From an uncultured Methanoregulaceae archaeon (GTDB lineage: Archaea; Halobacteriota; Methanomicrobia; Methanomicrobiales; Methanospirillaceae), in NCBI GenBank assembly GCA_963841015.1, contig CAWJAX010000003.1, positions 608,001 to 672,000 of the forward strand: a stretch of DNA of 64,000 bases. The letters are read 5' to 3'. Positions 1-11,155 of this stretch are shown here, in pieces. A program made the position numbers and the translations under genes. Every line of letters starts with the position of its first letter. Positions within the stretch are counted from its first letter, which is position 1. The notes beneath the pieces were generated by a model. That model was not told where the DNA came from. It saw only the letters and a program-made list of their open reading frames with translations, and made no database searches.

Positions 1-1
1 G

Positions 2-742
2 TGGGATAAGATCCCGCAGGGTGTAAAATTTGACATTGAGGTTCTCTCTGATGGAGAAACGTATAATATCTTTTCACGAGTAATTCAGCCAAAGCGGAAT
101 ATAGGGGATCGGGGCTGGCATAATTTTATGGTCCCTCTGGAACAGTTTTCAGGAAGGACAGTATCAATTATTTTTCGGACTTCCGGGTCAGGCGATGATC
201 TGAGTTACGGGTGGAGTGCCTGGGGGTGGGGGAAGATTGTTATTAAACCTAATCAAGAAGTAAGACCCGAGGACGTAATTACGTCTATTCATCATCCGGA
301 GTTGAGATATGGTTCTAATAAAGTTAAAATCCAAAAAGTCGAAATTTTCGATAAGGATTATCAAGAAATAAAAAATTTTAACTCTGGAGATTTTTCAATA
401 ATTCGAATCAGAATTAAAATATTAAATGATAATTTAAATGGCGTTTTGTCTGTAGGTTATTATCTTAATAATAAATATGTAACACTTTATGCGATGGATA
501 CCTGGAGGAAAAAAATTTTAAATTTAAATAGCGGTGTAAATAACTCCATTGTTGTCGATTTTAAACAGAAATTAATCCTTGGATCCGGGATTTATTCTAT
601 TACTGCAAGTGTTTCAGACGTTAATTCACGTAATGAGTTTCAAATACTGGATAGGATCGTGGATTGTTTATTCTTTAAAGTTCAATCAGAAGAAGATTTT
701 CAAGGAATTATAAATTTAAATTCTGAAATTGAAACGCATTGA
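2..742 (+). CDS. 5'-partial protein ending in a Wzt C-terminal carbohydrate-binding domain (probable polysaccharide ABC transporter ATPase), with an extra beta-sandwich domain before it
   Basis: Frame is open from base 2 (WDKIPQGVKFDIEV...). The C-terminal part RYGSNKVKIQKVEIFD...LGSGIYSITASV...F.GIINL matches the Wzt-C pattern. The ATPase domain would lie outside the window. Confidence 0.7.
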   Translation, partial: WDKIPQGVKFDIEVLSDGETYNIFSRVIQPKRNIGDRGWHNFMVPLEQFSGRTVSIIFRTSGSGDDLSYGWSAWGWGKIVIKPNQEVRPEDVITSIHHPELRYGSNKVKIQKVEIFDKDYQEIKNFNSGDFSIIRIRIKILNDNLNGVLSVGYYLNNKYVTLYAMDTWRKKILNLNSGVNNSIVVDFKQKLILGSGIYSITASVSDVNSRNEFQILDRIVDCLFFKVQSEEDFQGIINLNSEIETH

Positions 743-754
743 CGTGGGGGAAAC

Positions 755-3259
755 ATGAATCACGATAAGGAATCAATCGATTTTTATAAAGATATGAATA
801 TTCACCCGGTAGGAATGCCAAAACAGGACATTCCAAAATCAGCACATCTTAATATGACCGATGCAGACCTTGTGGCATTTTATTCCGAACGATACGCAGA
901 TTTTAATTTTGCTGAGTTTTTGGAGAACGAGGGAAAAGAGCGGCTCTTTGGCTTATGTAATATGGTAAAACCCGGGGAATCTTTCCTCGATATCGGTTGT
1001 GCTGATGGAGGCCTTATGAATGTTTTGTATAAGCGTGCCATTTACGGAATAGGTCTAGATCTTGCGGTAACCAACATCCTTCGCGGGAGAGAAAAATATC
1101 CTCATCTCAAATTTATTCATGGTTTTGCAGAAGAAATTCCCTTTATCGATAAATATTTTGATGTTATTCTTCTTGGAGATATCATTGAGCATTTTAGGAA
1201 TCCCACAATTGCATTAAATGAATGTCTAAGAGTTGTAAAGAAAGGATTGATCATTTCCGTACCGATCAAAGAAGAAGTGTCAGAAGAACATATTAATCCA
1301 TTTAGCGTTGAAAAAATTTTATCGTTATTAGATCAATTCACCCTCAAAATTACATTTTTCAATATTTATGGTATTTCCATATCGAAAGATGAGGCAATTG
1401 CCAAATTAAAGACATTTCCCTGGTTATTGATACGAGCGGAAAAAAACGAGAAAACTGATGAAATCTTGAATAGGTATGAACCTTTTTTGTTGGATTTTGA
1501 AAAAAAAACACAGGACGAATTGTTACGTAAAGACCAATGGGAAAAGGGAAATTTTCATCATCGTGATCAAACTGAAATTTCCCGATTTGATTTGGTTTCC
1601 CAGTTAATAGAAGGCAATGAAGTATTAGAAATCGGGTCTGGAAATGGTGATAGTACTATAGCATTATCAAAAACAAAATGCCATGTGATTGGAATTGATA
1701 TTAGTAAAACAGGAATTATCGAAGCTCAAACATTCGCGAAACAGATTAATTTAGACATCAATCCAACTTTCGCGTTTATGAGTGGTAGTTCCCTTGCATT
1801 TAAAGAAAATTCTTTTGATACGGTAATTTTACCTGAAATTATTGAACACCTGAAAAGTCCTCGCAGAATTATTCAAGAAGCGATTCGTGTCATTCGAAAT
1901 GGTGGGAGAATTATTATTTCCGTACCAGATGGACTCATGGTACCATGGGAGGGTCATCTTAGAATATTCTTCAAGGACACATTAACAACGGAACTTGATC
2001 AATATACAAAAGAAATAACCTGGTACGAATTACCCTTTAAAAAATGGATAATTTGTAGTTTTTTTGTCACGAAAAGCGAGTCTCAAATTACCTTGGGTCC
2101 TCAAATTGATATATTAATGCCAACGTACAATGGGAAAAAAACTATTGAGCGTGCAATAAAGAGTATCATTAACCAAACTTATGAAAATTGGAATTTGATA
2201 GTTATCAATGACGGAGGTGAGGATCTTCAGAATGTTATTGAAAATTTGAATGATCCCCGGATAAAATATCTTGTAACAGATCATCACGGAAAGTCTCATG
2301 CATTGAATGTTGGAATTAAGAATTCTCATGGAAAATATATTTCATATCTTGATGATGATGATCTTCTCTATCCAATACATCTTGAAGTATTAATAAAATC
2401 TGCTGAAAACGAAAGGAAAGAATTTGTTTATGTCGATTGGTATGAGGTTTCTGTTAATGAACATGGGAAAGAATTTCAGCGAATGGTGGAATTTAGAGAA
2501 GATGTAACTCCGGAGATGCTTATAACTCAAAATTATATAAATCATAAATGTATATTACATTCACGGGAACTATTGAACAAAACCGGCTTATATGATGAAA
2601 CACTTGATATTTTAATTGATTGGGACATTATCCGAAGATTGGCTTTCCATGAAAAGCCATTTCATATCTGGTCTTTCACCAGTGAGCGTATTTGCTATTA
2701 TAAAAATAATATATTGCAGAATCGGATTTCTGGATTAGGGAAAACTGATAAAGAAAAAGTTAGTGCGTCAATAAAAAAAATTATCCATAAAACTAAAGAA
2801 TTACATGCAAAAACCGATGAATTAAATGCAGCTTTAGAGAATTCGATGGTAAATTTTTCTTATTATCATAGGGTATTTTTAAGTGAATTAAATAGTAATT
2901 TACAAACAAAAGATAATCAAATTCTGGAAATTTCAAATCAGGTTACTAACCTCAATCAGACTCTTTCGATGAGAGATAAACAACTCCAGGAAGCCGCCAC
3001 GCTTGTCACTAACCTCAACCAAAGTATTGCTGAAAAAGATCAGGAAATCAGTAAGTTGGATCAGGAAAACAGTAAGTTATTTGAACAAATCTGCATTTTG
3101 AAAGATGAGATTTCTTCATTAAAGGGTAGTATATCCTATCTGTTATTAACAAAATTCCATAAAAACATTATTGAACGAGTTCTTCCTAAAACCACGCGAA
3201 GAAGAAAATTTTATGATTTGGCATTAAAACGGGCAAGAATTCTTATTAATAAGGGATGA
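755..3259 (+). CDS. Multidomain protein: two class I SAM methyltransferases + GT2 glycosyltransferase + C-terminal coiled coil
   Basis: LDIGCADG and LEIGSGNG SAM motifs; ILMPTYN...INDGG...YLDDDD GT2 motifs; heptad-rich tail (KDNQILEISNQVTNLNQ...). Confidence 0.85.
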   Translation: MNHDKESIDFYKDMNIHPVGMPKQDIPKSAHLNMTDADLVAFYSERYADFNFAEFLENEGKERLFGLCNMVKPGESFLDIGCADGGLMNVLYKRAIYGIGLDLAVTNILRGREKYPHLKFIHGFAEEIPFIDKYFDVILLGDIIEHFRNPTIALNECLRVVKKGLIISVPIKEEVSEEHINPFSVEKILSLLDQFTLKITFFNIYGISISKDEAIAKLKTFPWLLIRAEKNEKTDEILNRYEPFLLDFEKKTQDELLRKDQWEKGNFHHRDQTEISRFDLVSQLIEGNEVLEIGSGNGDSTIALSKTKCHVIGIDISKTGIIEAQTFAKQINLDINPTFAFMSGSSLAFKENSFDTVILPEIIEHLKSPRRIIQEAIRVIRNGGRIIISVPDGLMVPWEGHLRIFFKDTLTTELDQYTKEITWYELPFKKWIICSFFVTKSESQITLGPQIDILMPTYNGKKTIERAIKSIINQTYENWNLIVINDGGEDLQNVIENLNDPRIKYLVTDHHGKSHALNVGIKNSHGKYISYLDDDDLLYPIHLEVLIKSAENERKEFVYVDWYEVSVNEHGKEFQRMVEFREDVTPEMLITQNYINHKCILHSRELLNKTGLYDETLDILIDWDIIRRLAFHEKPFHIWSFTSERICYYKNNILQNRISGLGKTDKEKVSASIKKIIHKTKELHAKTDELNAALENSMVNFSYYHRVFLSELNSNLQTKDNQILEISNQVTNLNQTLSMRDKQLQEAATLVTNLNQSIAEKDQEISKLDQENSKLFEQICILKDEISSLKGSISYLLLTKFHKNIIERVLPKTTRRRKFYDLALKRARILINKG

Positions 3260-3492
3260 ATTCGTTTCAGGCAATAATTCAATGAAAAAAGGTTACATGA
3301 ACGTATACTATAGAAAAAGAAAAGGATCGTCTTATGTGAGGTGTTCGAATCAAGATTTTCTCAAAATAGGAAAATTCAGTTTCTGAACCAAGTCCTTCTG
3401 CATGATTTGGTCTCTTTCCAAAAAAATATTGAAATTTTAATGGATTTCAAGATTATTGTTCGGAATAGAAAAATACTATTACTAGAAAATAT

Positions 3493-4272
3493 ATGAATAT
3501 GAAATTTATTGAACGTTTTTTTCCTAAGGATCATATTTCTTTACCGGATGAAAAATTGCAGATATCCGTAGGAGGGGGGTTTGATTCTGCCGGAAAAGAA
3601 TTTTTGAACCATTTTATTTCAATGGGTGAGTTGAAACCCTATGAAGCAATATTAGATGTTGGTTGTGGTTGTGGAAGGATGAGTCTTCCTCTTACCACAT
3701 ATCTTAATAACAAGGGTCGTTATGATGGGTTCGATATTGTCAAGGAAAGTGTAGCATGGTGTCAACAAAACATCTCCAAAAAATATCCCAATTTTAATTT
3801 TAAGCATTCGGATATATATAATAAAGAATATAATAAGAATGGTAAAATAAACTCCAGAGATTTTATTTTTCCTTACGATGATAATTCATTTGATTTCATT
3901 TTTTTAACTTCTGTTTTTACGCATATGCTTCCTGAGGATATGGAACACTATTTTTCGGAAATATCGAGGACATTAAAGAATGGGGGTAGATGCCTCATAT
4001 CATTTTTCCTCTTAAATGAAGAATCAAGATTATTGATGAAAGAAAAACCCCAGCAACTAAAATTTGAATTTGACCAGGAAATATTTCGGACAATCGATGC
4101 GGATATACCTGAAAAAGCAATCAGTTATGATGAAAAGTATATCAAACAAGTGTATTTGAAGAATAATATTCGTATTAAATACCCGATTCATTATGGTTTT
4201 TGGTGCTCCAGATCAACCCATTTAAGTTACCAGGATATAATTATTGGAATTAAAGACATTTCAAAATCATAA
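3493..4272 (+). CDS. Class I SAM-dependent methyltransferase
   Basis: LDVGCGCGR, FDFIFLTSVFTHM. Confidence 0.85.
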   Translation: MNMKFIERFFPKDHISLPDEKLQISVGGGFDSAGKEFLNHFISMGELKPYEAILDVGCGCGRMSLPLTTYLNNKGRYDGFDIVKESVAWCQQNISKKYPNFNFKHSDIYNKEYNKNGKINSRDFIFPYDDNSFDFIFLTSVFTHMLPEDMEHYFSEISRTLKNGGRCLISFFLLNEESRLLMKEKPQQLKFEFDQEIFRTIDADIPEKAISYDEKYIKQVYLKNNIRIKYPIHYGFWCSRSTHLSYQDIIIGIKDISKS

Positions 4273-4491
4273 TCCAGATGCGCAAAAACCTTTTCTTTTA
4301 TTTAGTTTCATGACTTAAGACTGGTTCCAAATTGAAGATCATTTTTGGTCACTCGCTACAAAATTGACTGAAAGGATTCATATTAGTCGTTTCAGGGATT
4401 ACAAATTAAAATCGATTAGAGAGTTTCATGGGGATTTAATTTCTTTTTGTTTTTTTCGGTTTTTGCAAAATATTATGATATTTTTCCTTTG

Positions 4492-5415
4492 TTATGCTTG
4501 ATCTTTTTTACTTTTTTGATACATTAACTGACCCTTTTTATAATAATAATTCATGATAGTATCAACCTCTCGGAAACTTATCCAGTTTAAAAATCTGTCC
4601 GTAAATGAAAAAAGATATTTTAATACCAAAACCAACAGGGTTTTCCTGATTCCATCTGGTTTTAAGGTGTCAGTGATTTTGAGAAAATTTTTTAATTCTG
4701 GGTGCAATTCAGAAAAAATACCACTGGAATACCCACATTTAATTTGCCGTTCACAGAAGGATAGAATGTTGATATTGTGATCATGATACGCCAAAGCTTT
4801 TTCATTATATATTATTTTCAGACCTTTTTGAGCAAGGCGGTACCCCAATTCGGTGTCTTCCCATGCAGCAAAAGGGAACGTTTCATCAAATTTATTTCGC
4901 AATAAACAAGATGTGTTCAATGAAATATTCGACGTGTAAAAGAAGTTAAAAGGAACTATATCATTATGTTTGATTAAAGAATAACCAAATTGCAATCCAT
5001 ATTCCTGGATATAATTCATGAATGGTGTAATTTTTATATCTGAAATCCAGACTGTTTTTCCCAAAACTGCAATGTTTCGTGAATATTGATAGTTCTGATG
5101 AGTAAGGATGTGCTCTTTCAATAATGACTCAGAAGGAATAATATCATCGCCAGTTATTAAAACAAGGCGTGTTGTAACCTCATCAATTCCAACATTTCGA
5201 GCAACTCCAGGCCCTGAATTCGTCTTTTTACGGTATTTTAGTTTCATATCAGGGTGATTTAAAATAAAAACGTGAACCATTTCTTCTGTATTATCGGTAG
5301 AGCCATCATCTACAATAATTATTTCAAAGAAAAATTCCTTAAGTTTGTAATACGCACTTAACGTTTTATTGAGGGTAGATGACCGATTGTATGTTGGAAT
5401 TATTATACTAATCAT
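4492..5415 (-). CDS. GT2 family glycosyltransferase
   Basis: ISIIIPTYNR, IVDDGSTD, WEDTELGYRL. Confidence 0.9.
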   Translation of the reverse strand: MISIIIPTYNRSSTLNKTLSAYYKLKEFFFEIIIVDDGSTDNTEEMVHVFILNHPDMKLKYRKKTNSGPGVARNVGIDEVTTRLVLITGDDIIPSESLLKEHILTHQNYQYSRNIAVLGKTVWISDIKITPFMNYIQEYGLQFGYSLIKHNDIVPFNFFYTSNISLNTSCLLRNKFDETFPFAAWEDTELGYRLAQKGLKIIYNEKALAYHDHNINILSFCERQIKCGYSSGIFSELHPELKNFLKITDTLKPDGIRKTLLVLVLKYLFSFTDRFLNWISFREVDTIMNYYYKKGQLMYQKSKKDQA

Positions 5416-7138
5416 AGTTAAAATCGCAGATGTAACTAGATAATGATAAATTGATAGTATAAAAGGGGTCTTGTTTTATTAAAGCACCCCATTTGTTTAT
5501 CATGTATTGAGCTTCATCTGAACTAACACAATAACCTCTTGACGCAGATTCATGGTGGATGAGTTCAGCATATGGAGTAAAAACATTCCAATAATTCTTA
5601 CTTAAAAGTTTAAGGCAAAAATCGACATCATTATAACATACTGCAAGCGCAGGTTCAAACCCTCCTACTGAAAAAAATTTTTCTTTTGAGACCATCATGC
5701 AAGCACCAGTGATTGCAGAATAATTCCTTATTGTATTGATTAAATTGAAATACCCCGTGTTATCATAAGGAACTCCCTGAAACCAATGCCCGGCTATTCC
5801 TGTACTTTGATCGGGACTCATCCCGAGTATCACACCTGCATGTTGAATTTTCCTGTTGGGATAGAGTAATTTACAACCAACCGCCCCGACTTCAGGTCGC
5901 TGTGCATGTTCTAACAGGCATTCCATCCAGTCTCCGGATACAATTTCTGTATCATTATTCAGAAAAAGCAAGTATTCCCCGTTTGCGTGTTGAACGGCAA
6001 AATTATTAATTGCGGAAAAATTAAATAGACCAGAATAGGGTAAAACGCGATGTTGTGTTCGATTTAAAAAATCTATTGTATCAGATGATGATGATTCATG
6101 ATCAATAATGAGAATTTCAAAATTTTTATATGTTGATTTTACTTCGATCGATTCGATACATCGTTCAAGCAGTTGGCATTTATCTTTCGTAGGAATTATA
6201 ATTGAGATTTTCGGAGTACCCAGGATTTTTCTTTTTACCCTGTATGATGTTGGCCATAATCCATCGAGAACAATTCCTTCAATTCCCCGCCGGTTCAGAG
6301 CATCCTGTATTGCTTTTTTCGCAGCGATAATAATTTTTCCATCCTTAGCCATTGGATCATATGCAGAGGATCCTTCCGATATTCTCCAATGGTATAGAAC
6401 CTTTGGTATATGCCCAATTTCTGAATGATCAACGAATTCTAAAAACCTCAAGAGAAGATCATAATCTTGGCTATATTCACATTCATATCTGAATCCCCCA
6501 ATCTTATCCAAATAATATTTCCGGTAGACCGTGAGATGATTTATGTATCCACATGATAAAATTAGATCTGGAGACCATTCAGGTTTAAAAAAAGGTGATA
6601 CACGATATCCGTCAGGATCTATCTTATCTTCATCTGTGTATATCAAAGATAAATTTGGTTTTTGATTAAGTAGTGACGCGAGTTCAAACAATGCATGGGG
6701 GGCTAAAGTATCATCATGATCAAGCAATCCAATAAATTCTCCTGTTGCCAGTTTTAATGCACGATTTGAGTTTCCTGATATGCCATAATTTTTATCCGCC
6801 CAATCTATTTTTATTTTATTATTTTTATAACTATATTTTTTTAATATTTCCTTAATTTTAGGATTTATTGATGCTGCTTCACAGATACAAAGTTCGTAAT
6901 TTGGGTAAATTTGCCCTTCTACTGAGTCAAGCATCGCAATCAAAAAATCTGGATCCGTGTTCCAGACTGGGCATATTAAACTAATTATTGGTTTATTACG
7001 GAAATTTGCGGCATCATTTCGCATTTTTTCCAGGATCGATTTTGCGGGCTCTTTTGTTTTGATCCAATTATTATATGAATCAGGTTTTCCTACTTTATTT
7101 GTATCGAAATAGTGTTTGATCAACTTTGAAATCTTCAT
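5408..7138 (-). CDS. Two-domain GT2 glycosyltransferase
   Basis: LLDHDD, QDYDLLLR, second ISIIIPTKD...FLNNDTE...YNDVDFCL domain. Confidence 0.9.
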   Translation of the reverse strand: MKISKLIKHYFDTNKVGKPDSYNNWIKTKEPAKSILEKMRNDAANFRNKPIISLICPVWNTDPDFLIAMLDSVEGQIYPNYELCICEAASINPKIKEILKKYSYKNNKIKIDWADKNYGISGNSNRALKLATGEFIGLLDHDDTLAPHALFELASLLNQKPNLSLIYTDEDKIDPDGYRVSPFFKPEWSPDLILSCGYINHLTVYRKYYLDKIGGFRYECEYSQDYDLLLRFLEFVDHSEIGHIPKVLYHWRISEGSSAYDPMAKDGKIIIAAKKAIQDALNRRGIEGIVLDGLWPTSYRVKRKILGTPKISIIIPTKDKCQLLERCIESIEVKSTYKNFEILIIDHESSSSDTIDFLNRTQHRVLPYSGLFNFSAINNFAVQHANGEYLLFLNNDTEIVSGDWMECLLEHAQRPEVGAVGCKLLYPNRKIQHAGVILGMSPDQSTGIAGHWFQGVPYDNTGYFNLINTIRNYSAITGACMMVSKEKFFSVGGFEPALAVCYNDVDFCLKLLSKNYWNVFTPYAELIHHESASRGYCVSSDEAQYMINKWGALIKQDPFYTINLSLSSYICDFNYD

Positions 7139-7901
7139 ATCATCAATCCAAGAAATTCATCTGTATCTGAAAATGAAAAATATTACAAAATGCTATAGTA
7201 TACATATTTTCGTTTAGGCTGATATAATTTTTTTAGGTATTAATTGACTCCGTTGACATCCTTGTCAGGGCATATGATTTTTTCTTTTTTCAGGGATTTA
7301 TCAATAAATTATGCGATACATTTAAGTTTTTTTCCTGATCACCCAATTGGATTTTCTTATATCCCCCAAATCTTCCTTTAATCATAAAAAACACAGTTTC
7401 TAAATGATTGCATTTTCCCTTTATCAGTTCTTCACTAATTTACCTCACTAATATCATATATCAAACTTTTTTTCCACCGTAGAATTTTCTAACAATAATC
7501 CGGGTTCAAATAGAAGAAATAATTTCAGAGAGATTGTAGAGAATAATTTTTATCTTAAGTTCTTTAATCTGGAATCAATATTTTCTCGATTTGAGGAATT
7601 CACCAACCTTTTTTTCCTTATGGAGAATACCATTTCGACCAGATTCCTGTGATTATTCACGATTGATTCAATTTCATTCCGTGTTCTGAAGAGAATCCGG
7701 AATAAGATCCACCAGGCTCAATCAGTGACTAAGTTAAGGATTTTTTTTTCACAACTACCAAAGATCGATGTAATCGGACTAATATTTACCGGAAATCTAT
7801 TGGGGTTTTAACCATCCTGAAGATTCGAATATTATCCGAAGAGTTTTCATGTTTATTAACACACACATTGTAACGATTATGGGTTCCTTTAGGTGCACTC
7901 C

Positions 7902-9173
7902 ATGAAAGTTTCAGTTATTGGTGGGGGTTATGTTGGTCTTGTATCTGGGGCATGCTTTGCGGAGCTCGGGCATGAAGTAATAATAATCGATATTGATCCT
8001 GCAAAAGTACAGGCAATAAATGAAAAAAGATCGCCTATTAATGAAACCGGTCTTGAAGAACAGCTTAAGCAGCATGTCGGAAGCCGGCTCCGTGCAAGTG
8101 TTGAATATGATTCAGTTGCATCGGCCGATATCATTTTCATCTGCGTTGGTACACCCCAAAAATCTGACGGAAGTGCGAACCTTTCTTACATCGAATCTGC
8201 CAGTGCATTGATTGGGGCTGCACGGAAAGATATTCCTGCATATTGTGTCGTTGTCGTGAAGAGTACAGTACCCCCGGGAACTACGGAGAATATCGTTCGT
8301 CCTGGGATTTTACAGTCAGCACAGAAAACCGAGGGAGAAATCGGATTTGTAATGAATCCGGAGTTTCTTCGGGAAGGCCGGGCTATGGAAGACTTTATGC
8401 ACCCGGATCGCATTATCATCGGAAGCACCGATGACCAGGCTTTTGATTGTTTAGCTAAAGTATATTATAATCTCGATGCGCCCGTTATCCGAACCAGTAC
8501 TACTGCTGCGGAAATGATCAAGTATACCTCGAATGCTTTCCTTGCCACAAAGATCTCATTCGCAAACGAGATTGGTAATATCTGCAAAAAGCTTGGCATT
8601 GACGTATATGAAGTGATGAGCGGTGTCGGACTTGATCATAGGATTGGGCAGCAATTCCTGAATGCTGGTGTGGGGTTTGGAGGCAGCTGCTTTCCAAAAG
8701 ATGTCTCATCCCTTATCTCTCTGGCAAAAACTTTCGGTGAAGACCCGCACATCCTTAAAGCAGTTATGGATGTGAACGAGAAGCAGCCTAATCGGCTTAT
8801 CAAGCTGCTTTGTGCCCGTATCGGGAATTTTAGCGGTAAAAAAATTGCTGTGCTCGGCCTTGCATTCAAAGACAACACGGACGACATAAGGGACTCAAGG
8901 GCGATTCCGGTGATTCAGGAATTATTACAGAGGGGAGCACGGGTTGCAGCTTACGACCCCGTGGCTATTCCTAATATGCGCCGGATTTTTCCCTCAATTG
9001 AATACTTCGGTAGTGCAGCCGAAGCACTCAATGATGCGGATGCTTGTCTTGTGATGACCGAATGGCCGGAATTTGGAAAGATTGACAAGGAGTTTGAACA
9101 AATGAAAACCCGTGTTATCATTGAGGGTAGACGAATACTTACCTATGAAGATGTTGAAGGTATATGCTGGTAA
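7902..9173 (+). CDS. ugd: UDP-glucose 6-dehydrogenase
   Basis: GGGYVG, KSTVPPGT, NPEFLREG, GFGGSCFPKD. Confidence 0.93.
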   Translation: MKVSVIGGGYVGLVSGACFAELGHEVIIIDIDPAKVQAINEKRSPINETGLEEQLKQHVGSRLRASVEYDSVASADIIFICVGTPQKSDGSANLSYIESASALIGAARKDIPAYCVVVVKSTVPPGTTENIVRPGILQSAQKTEGEIGFVMNPEFLREGRAMEDFMHPDRIIIGSTDDQAFDCLAKVYYNLDAPVIRTSTTAAEMIKYTSNAFLATKISFANEIGNICKKLGIDVYEVMSGVGLDHRIGQQFLNAGVGFGGSCFPKDVSSLISLAKTFGEDPHILKAVMDVNEKQPNRLIKLLCARIGNFSGKKIAVLGLAFKDNTDDIRDSRAIPVIQELLQRGARVAAYDPVAIPNMRRIFPSIEYFGSAAEALNDADACLVMTEWPEFGKIDKEFEQMKTRVIIEGRRILTYEDVEGICW

Positions 9174-9209
9174 AGTAATAACATCCAATATCGTATTAAG
9201 GCAAGTTAC

Positions 9210-10091
9210 ATGAAAAAGAAGCATAGCGTACGGAAGGTTGTAATCCCCGCAGCTGGATTGGGAACCCGTTTCCTGCCCATCACAAAAGTTCAGCCTAAGG
9301 AGATGCTGCCGGTGGTGGATAAACCGGTAATCCAGTATGTCGTGGAGGAAGCTATCAGGTCGGGTGTGGATGATATCCTGATCATTACAGGGCGTAACAA
9401 ACGGGCGATTGAGGATCATTTTGACCGTTGCTTTGAACTTGAACAAAAATTAAAAAACCATGAAAACAACCCTTTCTCTGATGCATTAAATTCTCTATCG
9501 GATTTTCCGGATATTCATTTCATCCGGCAGCGGGAACAAAAAGGACTGGGGGATGCAATCCTTCTTGCTGAGCGACACTGTGCCAACGAGCCATTTGCAG
9601 TGCTTCTTGGGGATACGATCTGCATCTCACCGAAAAACATAGACACCTGCACCCTTCAGATGATGGATGCATTCGATCGTTATCATATCCCGATTATTGC
9701 GATAGAACCTGTTCCGATGCATAAGATCAAGGATTATGGGATTATCGAAGGGAGAGAGATCAATTCCGGGATCTATTTAATTAATGATATCATTGAAAAG
9801 CCGGCACCTGAGAATGCACCATCCAACCTCGGTGCGATCGGAAGGTATATCCTAACTCCGGAAATATTCCCGTTATTACGAAAAGTTCCCCAAGGGCATG
9901 GTGGAGAGATCCAGCTAACCGATGCGCTTCGGGGTCTTCCAGAGTCCCTCGGACTTGTTACCAACTGTCGGCGCTATGATATTGGTGACAAACTGGGCTG
10001 GATGAAATCCAGCATCGAACTCACTCTCGAACGCGAGGAATTTGCTGATGAGATGCGATCCTTTTTACAAGGACTTCTTAAAGGAGATTGA
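9210..10091 (+). CDS. galU: UTP--glucose-1-phosphate uridylyltransferase
   Basis: IPAAGLGTRFLPITK.QPKEMLP, EIQLTDA. Confidence 0.93.
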   Translation: MKKKHSVRKVVIPAAGLGTRFLPITKVQPKEMLPVVDKPVIQYVVEEAIRSGVDDILIITGRNKRAIEDHFDRCFELEQKLKNHENNPFSDALNSLSDFPDIHFIRQREQKGLGDAILLAERHCANEPFAVLLGDTICISPKNIDTCTLQMMDAFDRYHIPIIAIEPVPMHKIKDYGIIEGREINSGIYLINDIIEKPAPENAPSNLGAIGRYILTPEIFPLLRKVPQGHGGEIQLTDALRGLPESLGLVTNCRRYDIGDKLGWMKSSIELTLEREEFADEMRSFLQGLLKGD

Positions 10092-10093
10092 TT

Positions 10094-11125
10094 ATGAGGT
10101 TGAAACTCGAGGAAGAACGTAATCAGATTCGACAAAATCTAGGAACTGTCTCTTTTGAGGACAAGCGGGTGCTCGTAACCGGGGGTGCCGGGTTTCTTGG
10201 ATCATGGATGTGTGATACTCTCATCGACTCCGGGGCATTTGTTACCTGTATTGATAACTTTGTCAGCGGGAGGGAGCGTAATATTTCGCATCTGATGAAT
10301 AATGATAGATTTCAGTTCATCAATCATGATATCACAACCGCGCTGCCGGTTGATTCGCAGATTGATCTCGTCTTTCATATGGCAAGTCGTGCATCGCCGT
10401 TTGAGTTCGAGCACTATCCCATACAGATCCTGAAATCGAATACCCTGGGGGTACTTGTTGCTCTTGGGATTGCCAAAAAACATGATGCGGTGCTTGTCTA
10501 CACCTCAACGAGTGAAGTATATGGAAACCCAGATATCATCCCCACTCCGGAATCGTATTTTGGCAATGTGAATCCTATTGGGCCACGTGGATGTTACGAT
10601 GAAGCCAAGCGCTGCGGGGAAGCATACGTGGTGGCATTCCAAAGACAACATAATATGAATACAAGGATTGCCCGCATTTTCAATACGTATGGGCCTCGCA
10701 TAAGGATGGATGGTATTTATGGTCGGGTTGTTCCACGCTTTATTGACCAGGCACTTCATGGTGAATCCATCACCATATTTGGTGATGGAATGCAGACAAG
10801 GAGTTTCACATATGTAACCGACCAAATCGAGGGATTACTCCGGCTTGCTGCCCTCGATGAAGCCAGGGGTGAAGTGATTAATATCGGGAATATTAATGAG
10901 ATTACCATCCTTGATCTGGCAAGAAAGATTGTCGAACTGACCGGGTCGTCTTCGGATTTTGCCTTTACCCCGTTCCCACAGGATGATCCCCTTCGCAGAA
11001 AACCTGATATAACCAAGGCAAAGAGAATCCTGAACTGGGAGCCAAAGGTATCGCTTGAACAGGGATTACTAAAGACAATAAGCTGGGTGAAGGATATGCA
11101 GCAGCAATCCGCTCGGACAAGCTGA
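10094..11125 (+). CDS. uxs: UDP-glucuronate decarboxylase (UDP-xylose synthase) family SDR
   Basis: TGGAGFLGS, STSEVYG, VNPIGPRGCYDEAKR, ARIFNTYGPR, DDPLRRKPDI; follows ugd and galU. Confidence 0.85.
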   Translation: MRLKLEEERNQIRQNLGTVSFEDKRVLVTGGAGFLGSWMCDTLIDSGAFVTCIDNFVSGRERNISHLMNNDRFQFINHDITTALPVDSQIDLVFHMASRASPFEFEHYPIQILKSNTLGVLVALGIAKKHDAVLVYTSTSEVYGNPDIIPTPESYFGNVNPIGPRGCYDEAKRCGEAYVVAFQRQHNMNTRIARIFNTYGPRIRMDGIYGRVVPRFIDQALHGESITIFGDGMQTRSFTYVTDQIEGLLRLAALDEARGEVINIGNINEITILDLARKIVELTGSSSDFAFTPFPQDDPLRRKPDITKAKRILNWEPKVSLEQGLLKTISWVKDMQQQSARTS

Positions 11126-11155
11126 AAAATTGTGAAAATCTTCTTCCTCTAATAG

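Noticed and set aside
3240-3330. Possible read-through or truncation at the end of the 834-aa protein
   Set aside because: Downstream frames contain several stops; no supported extension
7139-7900. 760-bp AT-rich gap as a hidden gene or ncRNA
   Set aside because: No ORF of 60 aa or more and no convincing structure; fits a divergent promoter region or decayed DNA
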